NCBI RefSeq assembly: GCF_009914755.1
Contig: NC_060937.1
From: the human T2T-CHM13v2.0 reference genome, Homo sapiens
Length of the DNA stretch: 64,000 nt
Direction: 5' to 3' (one strand)
Part shown: positions 30,180 to 42,514 of the stretch, in pieces
How the letters are laid out: each line of letters opens with the position of its first letter
How positions within the stretch are numbered: position 1 is the first letter of the stretch
Notes under the pieces: generated by a model
Seen by the model: only the letters and a program-made list of their open reading frames with translations
What the model was told of the DNA's origin: nothing
Database searches by the model: none
Made by a program: the position numbers and the translations under genes

Positions 30180-30660
30180 TGATGGAAACTCTCTTCTTGA
30201 CCAAATTCTACTCAGGCTCCGGGAAACTCTCTTCTGTACTGGGCTTTGACTTTTGAGTTTCCAGATTTATCTTTGTATTGTTTAGCTTCAGCAAGTGTCC
30301 TGCTGAGTTATTTTACCCCAAATCATTACCTATTCTTGATATCTGATCACCCTCAATGTAGATCATGTTCTTCATCCTCCATTTTTCCCCAGATGAGGTC
30401 TGATCACCCTGGCTTTCCTTCTGCAAAATTCCTTGGAGGTTAATTTAGCTAGAATCCTCCCTTATTCCAGTTGTCTCCTCTTAGTAACTTTCCATCCACC
30501 CCAGTCCCACTCTGTTCCTTGGCTATACATTTCCACTTGTTCATGCTGTATTCACAGTTGAGCCAATTCTCTCTCCCCTACTGTGAAACCCCATTGTAGG
30601 AACCCCCTTGTCTTACGTTTCTTTAACAAGTGTCATAAATATATATTTTTTTCTTTTGCA
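30180..30660 (+). mobile_element. ERV1 solo LTR (MER31-like)
   Basis: ctctcttcttgaccaaattctactcaggctcc start, repeated tctgatcaccct and ttaacaagtgtca near the end. Confidence 0.75.
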
Positions 30661-31039
30661 GTACAAATCTCATATTCCTGGAGCTTATCTGATATCCTCT
30701 TTTCTTCCAGCTTCACTGAGAATCCTAGTCCCATGCAGACCATTTCTCCAGCCAGTGACCTTATGTGTTGTCTTTTGCATTAGCCTTAGACTACCTTCAA
30801 TTCCATACATCTTTATGCAAACGCCATCTTCTTTTCACTATTCACAGACTATAGCACTATACTTTGTCTTTTTTCTGGACATCTTTGGTACTGTTTTACA
30901 CATATACTTATGGAATTTTAGAAACTATTTATAAAGCAATAAAAATAGCATGAAAGTGTCAACCACTGCTGCTGTCATCCAATTTGTGTTCTACGGATTT
31001 CTTAGTTACAGCTTGTGTTGAAATTATCTAAAGATAATT

Positions 31040-31440
31040 TTTTAAAGACATGTGACAGCAAAAACATCAGTGGTTGCCAAATAGAAAATAAGAGGAGAGA
31101 ATAGAGTCAAGAGGTGGAGCACCAATGATTTTTAGGTTGGTGAAACTATGTTGTATGATACTATAGTGTGGAATGTAAATTATTTTACATTTCCAAATGT
31201 GCAGACTACAAACACAGAGGGAATCCTAATGTAAACTATGGACTTTGGGTGATTACGTTGTGTCAAGGTAGCTTCATCAATTGTATCAAATATACTACTC
31301 TGGTGTCAGAGGTTGATAATAGAGAAAAGTATGTATGTGTGTGAGCAGGGGTATTTGGGAAATCTCCAACCAACCTAAATTTTGCTGTCAATCTAAAACT
31401 GCTCTTAAAAAAATTGTCTTTAATAATGTTAATTTAAAAA
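31040..31440 (+). mobile_element. L1MC/MD-type 3' end
   Basis: cctaatgtaaactatggactttgggtgatt...ttcatcaattgta...tctaaaactgctcttaaaaaa. Confidence 0.8.
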
Positions 31441-32936
31441 GATGCATTTGGTAGACGCTTATTAAAATCCTCTTTAATATAAACCAGATAAAATTTTCTA
31501 TCACAAAAGGAAATAATTGTTCAAATTTGAGAAACTTTGAGTATCACATCCAATTTACATAAAATTATGAAAGATTATCTATTACTTTATTATTTTTATT
31601 ACATCACTCTTCACTGTTTTCTTAATAAAATGGAAAGTAAAATTTTAAAAGCAGAATCTTCTCCCCGTATAGGCTTGTGACTGGCAGACAAAAGGTAAGT
31701 TGGTAATGAAAATCAGAAGTAGAAAGTAAACAGAGTGCTTGAGGCAAGATCCAAATACTCCCTGAAGTGAGAGATTTCAGAAAATTTTATTTAATATAGG
31801 TAAGCTGGATTCCTCTAGAGGTCTGTATTTATATCAGATCTGAGGTACTTCCCAAAGGAATTCCTGATGAGTTGTAACAATATTTTAAAGCCTAAAGTGG
31901 AAGACATTTATCTCAAAACTCCCTAAGTGTGTAGAGGAGAAGGAAACACTCAGGAAGCAATGTCTGCATCGTGGATGTCAACTCATGTTGTCAGATTTTA
32001 GAAGGTATTCAATGCAATCTTGCCATGATCATTGTTCTATATATTTTGCTAATTGAATAGCACTAATTTAATATGAAAACATCCCTGTGAAATATCAAAA
32101 CATGTAGGAAAAGGACAAGAGTTTGGCCGTTAGCCATCTTTAAAACCTGTATTTCTACAGTTTTATCCAAGATTTAATTTAAAAACTAGCACTTGGGACA
32201 GTGAAGAATAGGAGAAAGAGGAACACCTGCCAGAAAATCATTTTTCTAACAATACGATATTAAGGTCCATTGAAAAGGAGAATTGGAGTGAAACATTTTT
32301 GTTTCTAAGAGTTGCAAACCGAATAAAGTAATGTGAAACTATTAAATGAGGTGACCTGACCTGCTAAAAGCAATTTAAATAGCTAAAGGATACATTCAGC
32401 ACTTTTCACATGTGGATGGAAAGAGTTGTCTTCCAAAGGGTCATTTATGTCAGAAAGACTAAAACATGGGGGAGAATATCAAAAAATTGCCCTTTGGTTA
32501 CTTAATGGAGAGCATTATAAATGACCTTGTGCCTAGTGAATGTAGTTTGAAAAGATTTGGTCAGCTTGCACTGGTGAGTATAATACAATTTTGTAACACA
32601 TTAATACCAAGTTATTTTCAGCCAGGAGGCAATTTTTTTTCCTGGTAGAGCAGGTATTTTGTGGATACGATTTTAATTTGTGATTACAGAATAGATCAGT
32701 GTTTTGAATTCCAAAACTGAACAAAACCTGTTGTAAATAAATATATTTATATACTAATCCTGAATATATAATAGTTACTGTAAGAAAAATGTATGCTGAG
32801 AAATCATTGTTGGTCTTCATCAAATAATATATTGATAGTCTATATTTCAAATTATCAAGAAAAAGTAGTATTCATTAAAGTTTATTCCCAAAGAAAGGTA
32901 AAATAATGAGTTACAGTTGTAAAATACACAATAACG

Positions 32937-33283
32937 TTAGTTGAGTGTCCCTAATACAAAAATCTGAAATCCAAAAATTATCCAAAATTCAAAACTTTTA
33001 GATCATCAAAATGACTTCATAAGTGGGCCTGACATCATGTGATAAGTCATAGTCAAAACCCAGTAAAAATTGTTTTATGTACAACATTATTTGAAATATT
33101 ATATTAAATTATCTTCAGGCTATGTGTAAAATGTACATATGAAACATAAATTTCATGCTTAGCCTTGGGTTCTGTCCCCAAAATATCTCATTATGTACAT
33201 GCAAATATTCCAAAATCCAAAAAAATTCTTAAACAGAAACATTTTTGTTCTCAAACACTTCAGATAAGTTATACCCAACCTTT
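32937..33283. mobile_element. Tigger4/MER46-type DNA transposon (MITE)
   Basis: Degenerate TIRs (gttgagtgtcccta... / ...ttatacccaacct) and Tigger4 internal motifs (cattatgtacatgcaaatattccaaaatc). Confidence 0.8.
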
Positions 33284-33689
33284 ATATCTATTCAGAAAAA
33301 GGATCAGAACAAAAAATGAGAGTAATAGAAATGAAAATTGTACCTGACAAATATCTATTTCATAATGCATTTCTGCAAAGATAATTGTGAAGGCTTTTGT
33401 CATTTAATACAGAACAGCAAATAGAATATCCTAAATATCAAATACTGGTTTTCTGCATGTTATTACATATGGCAAAAATGTGATTGGAAATGTATTTACC
33501 ATGGAGAAACATGTCTAATTTGTTAAAATTCAATTGTGCCTTATAGGTTATGATTCTAAAGTTGTTTGCTGTTTAAAACTGATTCAGGTGATCTCTCAGA
33601 GCAAATGCAACTTTATTTGGAATACTAAACTGTAAGCTCTGGTAAGATCAGAGATTTCTGTCTATATCCAGGAGATCTGGGACATGGTA

Positions 33690-34157
33690 GGTACAAAGCA
33701 GGTTAACTATGACTACTTGCCCGAGTCCAGTGAGACAGAACACTCACACACACAGCAAGTTACACGAAGTGGGTGTATTACTCACAGATAGGCAATAAAG
33801 GACAACAGAAACCTGGGATTCATGACACGTTGGTCCTCCAGGGCTCAGGTAAGCTGCATAGGGAACATGGAATCTCATCTCTGTGTATCCGTCCCTTGCA
33901 CTGCAGCTGAGGGATTCCCAAAAGCAGCCTGCCCTAGGATTTTATACCCTGAGAATAACAGGGATCATTGGGCTATAGCATTGAATGGTATCCTCTTTCT
34001 AGGTGGGACTGGCACAAAGCCCAGGCTGTTTAAGTCAGTCTCTCTTTATCTCAGGAGGTTGCATTCCCACCACATGGCACAATTATTTCTGAGACCTACA
34101 AATGAGAATTGGGGAAGAACTGGTTTGGTCCAAGGTCACACAGAGAATAGTCCCACA
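33690..34157 (-). mobile_element. ERVL-class solo LTR (MER54/73/74-like) nested in an L2 tail
   Basis: gagtccagtgagacagaacac...tattactcacagataggc...cccaca. L2 3'-end sequence on both sides. Confidence 0.6.
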
Positions 34158-34257
34158 GTGGACATGCAATTTTTATGGGTTGAGTGCATGAAGTAAATGA
34201 ATATGGTTTCAAGTATATATAGGTTTCCCTGCAATGTTAATGTTTCTATTTTTTTTT

Positions 34258-34337
34258 TTTTATTATACTCTAAGTTTTAGGGAACATGTGCACATTGTGC
34301 AGGTTAGTTACATATGTATACATGTGCCATGACCGCA
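34258..34337 (-). mobile_element. ~80-bp L1HS 3' end with a micro-inversion
   Basis: Reverse complement reads catggcacatgtatacatatgtaactaacctgcacaatgtgcacatgttccctaaaacttagagtataat (L1HS-type cacAatg and cttaGag). TSD tattttttttt at 34247-34257 and 34338-34348. Confidence 0.88.
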
Positions 34338-35220
34338 TATTTTTTTTTACTCTAGAAAGTTCATTTGAAAAGTTCTATCATCATATAATAACGGGAAAAT
34401 GAAACAGCGTTAGGATGGTTTCACCCTTGATATTTATTAACTGTGTGACATTGAGCAAGTTACCTAGCCATTTTATTCACAGTTTAATTTCTAAAAATCG
34501 CTATTTGTTGCACATTATAATTATATATGCCATATAAAATGTATTTTTTTAAAAATTATGTTTACTATCTATATTGCCTCATATATAGTTTTCTTTTTAA
34601 TAAAAATATGTTGGGGTGGCAATTTTTTGAATGTAAGTCTGAAGTTCAAAAGGTTGTTTTCAAACTAATGAATTTTTGTAGCATTTCCCATATTTCTCAT
34701 CATCATGGCCCTGATGTCTTTGGTAGCAGTATCTACATTTTGAAGAAATAATGCCATATCAATACTAGTATTATTACTATTTCAATTTGTCATTTAGTGC
34801 ATTTTATAAAGAACCTGACATTTCAATTCCGGAAAAAAATCTGCTTAACTTTATGTCTATGTAAGTTTACCTATATAATTTTTTACTTGACTAGATAGAG
34901 GCAAGCACTTTTTAACTTGCTTTATAGAGACTTGCCTTTAAGATAATTACAATCACTGTGTTCTTCACATAGTGCTGTGATTTTCTTTTCATGAATGTTT
35001 ACCTGGTTGATTCTAAAGAGCTGTCACATTTATTTATTTGTTTCACAGTGTAAGCATGGTTTTGTGAGAGTTCAATGGAAGAAAAGATAAATGTCTACAT
35101 TGTAAAATGAATGTATTGGTATGTCAATGAGGCCATAGACCAATCGGTCTGAACAAACTTATCTTCCTCATCCTCTGTTAAAGATGGAACTCTTGGAGAA
35201 TTGGAGGGAGTTTCTTTACT

Positions 35221-35222
<2 letters not shown>

Positions 35223-35271
<49 letters not shown>

Positions 35272-35291
35272 TACATACATACACACACACA
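35223..35291. repeat. (CA)n microsatellite, compound
   Basis: Direct read. Confidence 0.97.
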
Positions 35292-35444
35292 ACTTTTTTT
35301 TTTTTTTACTGTAGAGTTCATTTAAAAAGTTTTATCATCATGAAGTAATGAAAAGAAAAAAGAATTAGAAAGGTTTCACCCTTGATAATTATTAACTGTG
35401 TAATATTGGGTAAGTCACATAGCCCTTTTAAGTCTGCATATATG

Positions 35445-35700
35445 GCTGTTTGCTTATGTATAGGCACAAGGCTAGGTGCCAGGAATAGAGCAATGAATGA
35501 AAGAAATCTGATCCCTGACTTTTCACAGGAAACTAGCCAATAGTTTCCTGTGAAAGATAAACATTAAAGAGATAATTATACAATTTATTGTAATTGCAAT
35601 AAATTCTACAAAGGACAAGTACAAGATACTTGGAAAATATATATCAGGAATATAGGACCTAGTCTTAGTAGAAGAGAAGGCTCCCCCTGAAAAGTGGGTT
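35445..35700 (-). mobile_element. L2 fragment
   Basis: ggcacaaggctaggtgccaggaatagagcaatgaa...atccctgac, typical of antisense L2. Confidence 0.6.
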
Positions 35701-37835
35701 CTATATTAAAATTTACATTGATTCTTCTTTTTGTGATGCTGCTATCACAGATGTTTATTTTAAGGCAATATGTTATTTCCTTTCTCTGTTTTCACTGGAA
35801 TTCCATTATCCAAATTGAGTAAAAATAATTCATTTTATAATATTATTCATGTAAATATTTAAAGATAACACCTCACGGAAACATTAAAAGTTTTATTCTC
35901 AGGGGAAAGAAAGAAAGAAAAAAAAAAAAGACTTGGTGTTTCACCATAGGAAGGACTTCAGAAATAAATCCCTAGTTGCAAACCTAGACCATTAGTTAAT
36001 ATAATACTTTCGTGATAATAACCAGGAGAAAGACCACATTTACTCAATAATTGACTCATTTATTTAAACATGGGCATTATTAATATTATATTCCATGTTA
36101 GATACTATTTTCTTCTTTATTCTTGAAACTCTAACTCTAGTTCTTGAAACTTTTGTATTGAATCTGTTTATGTACTTAGTTTACGAATAGTTACTTGCAA
36201 AGAACATTTCCTGCTATTTTCCATAGATCATTTACTTTCACTCTCTTAAGATTTGCTGTTGAATCCTTCATGACATCCTTTAGGACTACATGGGTACTTT
36301 AACAACCAAAATCAAAATGCTAGCTCTCCATTTAATTTATCCAATTAATTAGAAATATAGACACTAAGTTATCACATACATTTATTTCAGTCATTAACAA
36401 TTCAAACTTGTTAAGCATGAATAAAATTGAATTAACATTTGGATAATTTATGAATAAAATTGTTTTCTTTTACATTTTTTAATTTAATAATTTCATTATA
36501 GTAACTTATTTAGCATTATTTTAAAATAATTCAATAAAAATATAAAAAGTATTATTTTATAATTGTGAAAATTTTAATATAATGAATTGCTTTAGCTAAT
36601 GGACACAAATGACTGAAAATGGTTTATCAGTAAGTACAGTAGTTAGGTGAGAAGACAGGAATACTTTAAAGTACATTTACATCTAGATGGAGAAAAAATT
36701 GATTCATGTTCTCAGCACTTGCTCTAATTCCTAGTTTTTCTCCTCACCATATATAAGTGATTAAATTATGTCATTGTGACAAATAGTCTCTTTAAGCAGG
36801 GATTTACTTAATGGGATAAAATAACCCTAATATGAGAGATGGGTCATTAGTCATTTTCTCCAAACTCTCATTCTGGTGAGGAACAGGGGCTGTCTCACAA
36901 AGGGTCTGAGTACTTGTAAGTCCTTTCGATGGAAAAAAAAAAAACAAAACACGTAGTCTTGGAGAACATCAGTGAACAGCTTCAGGTTCTTCCAAGCCTC
37001 TGAGACAGGTAAAATCTCTGATCAGAACACTTCTCATGGTGTGGGTGCTTTGCTTATGTGTTGGCAGTCAAAGCCATCTGCATGGATTTGAGATACAGTT
37101 TTCAATAAGGGTAAAAAAAGGAGCAGATTTAGAACTTAATTAGAAACATGCTGAAGATAAGGTGTAAGTTAAAAAATATTCAGAGAACTAGCAAATGTAA
37201 TGAGGACAGATCCTGAAGTAGACAACAACTCTTGATGACATTACACTCAATAAATTAGAGCCAAGAGATTTTTAACTAAAAACATATGTATTTTCTTTGA
37301 GTGTATATTATATACAAGCAATTGTGAGAGGCACACTTCTTTAAAGTAAACTGATACAAAAAGCATGGACATGTATGCAGTTTATGATCTGCTACAGAAA
37401 GCCAATTTTTGGAATAGTAATAGCAATTATAACACAGTTCATGCTATAGAGATATATGCAAAGCCATGAACACTGTAATTGAAGAAAGTACATCTGTTTG
37501 ATTATCAGTGTATCTCCTGGCACATTACTTACACATTGGATATACAGAGATATTTGAGGAGTTAAAATGATGACTTCTGATGTCTTGGCCAACACTGTGA
37601 GGCCTCAGTTAGTGTCTGAAGTCAAGGACACGGCTGTATGCACTGATTCTTTTCTTCTTTCCATATGTTGGCATCATTGCAGTAATCTCTGGAGTTACCT
37701 GTATCCTGGAACTGATCTTTTTTTGTGTGTAGGATTCAACAGTACCACTACCTTAACATGTTTGGCTACACACTCTTATATATGTAAATTCTAAAAATGA
37801 TAACTTATATACCTACTCAAAATTTTAAAAGCAGA

Positions 37836-37937
37836 AAGAGGGAAGGAAGGAAGGAAAGAAGGAAGGAATGAAGGAAGGAAGGGAGGGAGGGAGGGAAGGA
37901 GGGAGGAAGGAGGGAAGGAAGGACTAAAGAAAGAAAA
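37836..37937. repeat. (GGAA)n/(GGGA)n polypurine tract
   Basis: Direct read. Confidence 0.95.
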
Positions 37938-38919
37938 TATGTAGAGCAATATTAGAAGGCAAAATTAGAATAAAATATGTAAAATATGTGTTCAGTTATA
38001 ATAAATACCTTTAAATTTAAACATAGTGATTAGAAGGTCATATTTTAAAATTTAAAGCAGTTTTAGACAAAAGAGAAAAGAGAAATGGCGAAGGACTTAA
38101 ACTATAATTATTATAACAAAACTTTAAGAACAATATTATCTTTGTTACTTTTTGTTATTCATGTATAGTTGAGTTACGATCAGATTATTCAATTTGACAT
38201 ATGGGAAAGTAGCATTTTAGAAGAGTTTAGGAACTTACTCAGAATAAATATGACTGATACGCAGCCAAACGTGAACTAGAACTCAAGTCAGATGGCTATC
38301 ATTTCCTTGCTCCTAATACTACAGACTTCATCCAGTTATTATAGTCAGATGTTATTTACTCAAATTTTTGTGTAATTTAATTTGTTTAACTAAATTCAAC
38401 TTTTCATGATCAACGTTGCATGCAAAGAAAGTCTACATTTTTGGCAGTACCAAAAGAACAGACTGCTCCTTTGATAAAACAGCAAATCAAAAGGAAGAAA
38501 AAAACTTGATCAATGTACACTTGGGAGAAGTTCACAGTGCCAAAATGTAACTTTAAACCAGGTATTTCAAACTCGTACAAATGAAACCTCAATAGCATTC
38601 ATTCCATTGAAGATAAAAATCAATAAAATATGTTTAATCTGGGAGAATGGTGCACTTTGATTGTGTCACTTCAAAAGGTGTTGAAATTATACAGAAGCAA
38701 CAGTTTCATACATTTTTGAAACTATTTTCAGAAGTATTCGTGCTTTGGGATTATCGGAGTTTCTTCAGATTTTTTTGAATCATTATCCAAAATGCTTAGT
38801 CGCCTTCATCTTTCATCTTCATGACATGACACTTTATCACATAGTGCGACACCTGCTGCAGGCATGGCTTTTCTTGTGAGTAAGCTGCCACCTAAGAATC
38901 ATTTGAAAGGTAACAGGCA

Positions 38920-41086
38920 CTTTTTCATGGGGTTGTTTCATTTTTCTTGTAAATTTGTTTAAGTTCCTTGTAGATTCTGGATATTAAACCTTTGTCAGAT
39001 GGGTAGATTGCAAAACTTTTCTCCCATTCTGTAGGTTGTCTATTCACTCCAATGATAGTTTCTTTCGCTGTGCACAAGATCTTTAGTTTAATTAGATTCC
39101 ATTTGTCAATTTTGGCTTTTGTTGCAATTGCTTTTGGCATTTTTGTCATGAAGTCTTTGCTCATGCCTATGTACTGAATGGTATGGCTTAGGTTTTCTTT
39201 TACAGTTTTTATGGTTTTGGGTTTTACATTAAGTCTTTAATCCATCTTAAGTTGATTTTTGTGTAAGGTGTAAGGAAGGGGTACAGTTTCAGTTTTCTGC
39301 ATATGGCTAGCCAGTTTTCCCAGTACCATTTACTAAATAGGAGATCCTTTCCCCATTGCTTGTTTTTGTCAGGATAGTTGAAGATCAGATGGTTGTAGAT
39401 GTTTTGTGTTATTTCTGAGGTCTCTGCTCTGCTCCATTGGTCTATATGTCTGTTTTGATACCGGTTCCATGCTGTTTTGGTTACTGTAGCCTTGTAGTGT
39501 AATTCAAAGTCAGGTAGTGTGATGCCTCCAGCTTTGTTCTTATTGCTTAGGACTGTTTTGGCTATACAGAGTCTTCTTTGATTTCATATGAAATTTAAAA
39601 TACTTTTTTTTTTATTTCTGTGAAGAATGTCAATGGTAGTTTGATGGGAATAACATTGGATCTATAAATTACTTTGGGCAGTATGGCCATTTTCACAATA
39701 TTGATTCTTCCTATCCATAAGGATGGAATGTTTTCCATTTGTTTGTGTCCTCTCTTTTTTCCATGAGCAGTGGTTTGTAGTTCTCCTTGAAGAGGTCCTT
39801 CACATCCCTTGTTAACTGTATTCCTAGGTATTTTATTCTCTTTGTAGTGATTGTGAATTGGAGTTCATTTATGATTTGGCTCTCTGCTTGCCTATTGTTC
39901 ATGTAAAGGAATGCTTGTGATTTTTGCACATTGATTTTGTATCCTGAGCCTTTGCTGAAGTTGCTTATCAGTTCAAGAAGTTTTGGGGCTGAGAGGATGG
40001 GGTTTTCTAAATCTAAGACCATGTCATCTGCTAACAGAGACAAATTGACTTCCTCTCTTCTCATATCAATACCCTTTATTTTTTTCTCTTGTCTGATTGC
40101 CCTGGACAGAACCTCCAATACTATGTTGAGTAGGAGTGGTGAGAACAAAGGATATGGACAGACACTTCTCAAAAAAAGACATTTCTGCAGCCAACAAACA
40201 TATGAAAAAAGCTCAGTATCACTGATCATCAGAGAAATGCAAATCAAAACCACAATGAGATATCATCTCATGCCAATCAGAATGGTGATTATTAAAAAGT
40301 CAGCAAACAATAGATGTTGGTGAGGCTATGGAGAAGTAGGAACGCTTTTACACTGTTGGTGGGACTGTAAATTAGTTCAACCATTGTGGAAGAGAGTATG
40401 GCGATTCCTCAAGGATCTAAAACCAGAAATACCCCTTATTATTTTCTCTTGTCTGATTGCCCTGGCCAGAACTTCCAATACTATGTTGAATAGGAGTGGT
40501 AAGAACAAAGGACCTGGACAGACATTTCTCAAAAAAAGACATTTCCGCAGCCAGAAATACCATTTGACCCAGCAATCCCATTACTGGGTATATACCTAAA
40601 GGAATATAAATTATTCTATGGTAAAGACACATTCACACATATGTTTATTGCAGCACGGTTTACAATAGCAAAGACATGGAATGAACCCAAATGCCAATCA
40701 ATGATAGACAGGATAAAGAAAATGTGGTATATATACACCATGGAATGCTATGCAGCCATAAAAATGAATGAGATTATATTCTTTACAGGGACATGGAAGA
40801 AGCTGGAGGCCATCATTCTCAGCAGACAAACACAGGAACAGAAAACCAAACACCACATGTTCTCACTTATAAGTGGGAGGTGAACATTTAGAACACGTGG
40901 TCACAGAGAGGGGAACAACACACTCCAGGGCCTGGTAGGGTGTGGGATGAGGGGCGGGAACTTAGAGGACAGGTCAATAGGTGCGGCAAACCACCATGGC
41001 ACACGTATACCTATGTAACAAACCTGCACGTTTTGCACGTGTATCTCTTTTTTTTTTTTTTTTAGAAGAAATAAATTAAAAAAAAA
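38920..41086 (+). mobile_element. L1PA8-type insertion with twin-priming inversion (antisense 38920-~40144, sense ~40145-41086)
   Basis: 15-bp TSD gaaaggtaacaggca/gaaatgtaacaggca. The two segments are adjacent in the L1 consensus (caaccccat...aaaagtg | caaaggatatg). PA8-type tail tttttagaagaaataaa. ORF2 peptides in ORFs 38925..39164 and 39711..40253. Confidence 0.93.
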
Positions 41087-42463
41087 GAAATGTAACAGGC
41101 AGGTCACCTTCATTTAAAAACAAAAGCCTCCCTATTTCTTGCACAGAATGCTTGAATTTAGTCAAATTACATACTGCTAAAAATGAAGACTGATGGGTAC
41201 ATTTGTAATTAATTTATTTACTAGTATGAAAGATGGTACTTTTTTCCTTAAAATGTATCCTTTAAAAGTATTAAAAGGTCTAGTACACATAGAGGATGAA
41301 ATTGTCAGGTGTGTCTTGAAAGCTGTCATGTATCAGTCACCACCCTAATAATCCACAAGAAATTAATTGCATTCTACATATTGTAGTTAATTTATTATTA
41401 TTTTATTAAACTTTGTCTAGTTCCTCAAAACTCCCAGAATCCATTTTTAAGAGCAATAAGCAAATGCAAGGGAAATAAGCAGAAAGCAAAAACATATGAC
41501 AGGCATAGGATGCACTCAGTATGTCTAAAGAAATGTAATTTTATGTAATTTGCCTACCTCATTCATAGACACTCAGTAGTCTAAAGGGGCTCCAGAATTA
41601 ACAATCTATATTACTTTGTTTTCTTCAGGAGAGTAGAACAACCCACTCATTTTTTCTTTAGAGAAGACTAATGGATTTCTATGCTAAATAGTTATGATGT
41701 TTATAGTCCATTGAAACCAATATAAAATATGAACAAAAGTATTGTAAAGGCCAAATTTTAAAGGTATGTAAGACTGACCTACTGCTATAGGCTACGGCAG
41801 AAATATCCTACCATATTACTTCATTACATTTCTTCATAGAGATGAGAGAGATATGAAGAATCTATACATCTGAAACAAAAACGAAGGATGATATTCATTT
41901 GCACCTTACAATTTGGCAGCCAGAATGATAGTAACTGTCACATATGTTTCATATTTAATTCTAAAAAGGAGTGAGATATTTGTGAGCATAGGCATTTTGA
42001 ATATCAATAAACTGAGGCTCAAAAATGTGAAGTAATTTGCTCATATTTAATATTTTATCTGTAAAAGCAGCAACAGAAAAATAGAAAAGCTTCAATATCT
42101 GAGTTTTTCTCACATCATTTGGATTAAACTTTTAATGATGCCTGCAGAATACATTAAGGTGTGGTGTAGATGTCGGTGCTTAAACATATAGTAAGTATAT
42201 TTATTTGTTAACTCATGCAATCAATGATACTTGAGCATGTAGTAGAATGTGATAACCACTCAAAATATTAAAGGAAATAATAATATATAAGACTCAATAT
42301 CCCAAAAGGCCTTCAGAGTAGAGAGTTAAACAGGGGAACAGGCACTTCTATGATTTCCATAAATGTTATGAAAGGTGTATTCACATGGTAGTATCAGAAC
42401 AATGGGAGAGCACATGCCAACTCTGCCATGAGCCTCTTGGTATATCTGAGCAGAGTCAGCTCT

Positions 42464-42465
<2 letters not shown>

Positions 42466-42512
<47 letters not shown>
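42466..42512. repeat. (TG)n microsatellite within L2-like sequence
   Basis: Direct read. Confidence 0.97.

Positions 42513-42514
<2 letters not shown>

Noticed and set aside
33822-34196. 124-aa ATG-initiated ORF
   Set aside because: Lies within an old LTR/L2 relic, with no recognisable domain or exon structure.
36840-37015. Possible lncRNA exon ending in CAG|GTAAAA
   Set aside because: Splice-like motifs alone are not evidence, and no matching acceptor or exon chain could be established.
39711-40323. 180-aa and 130-aa ORFs
   Set aside because: L1 ORF2 fragments read across the inversion junction, not host genes.
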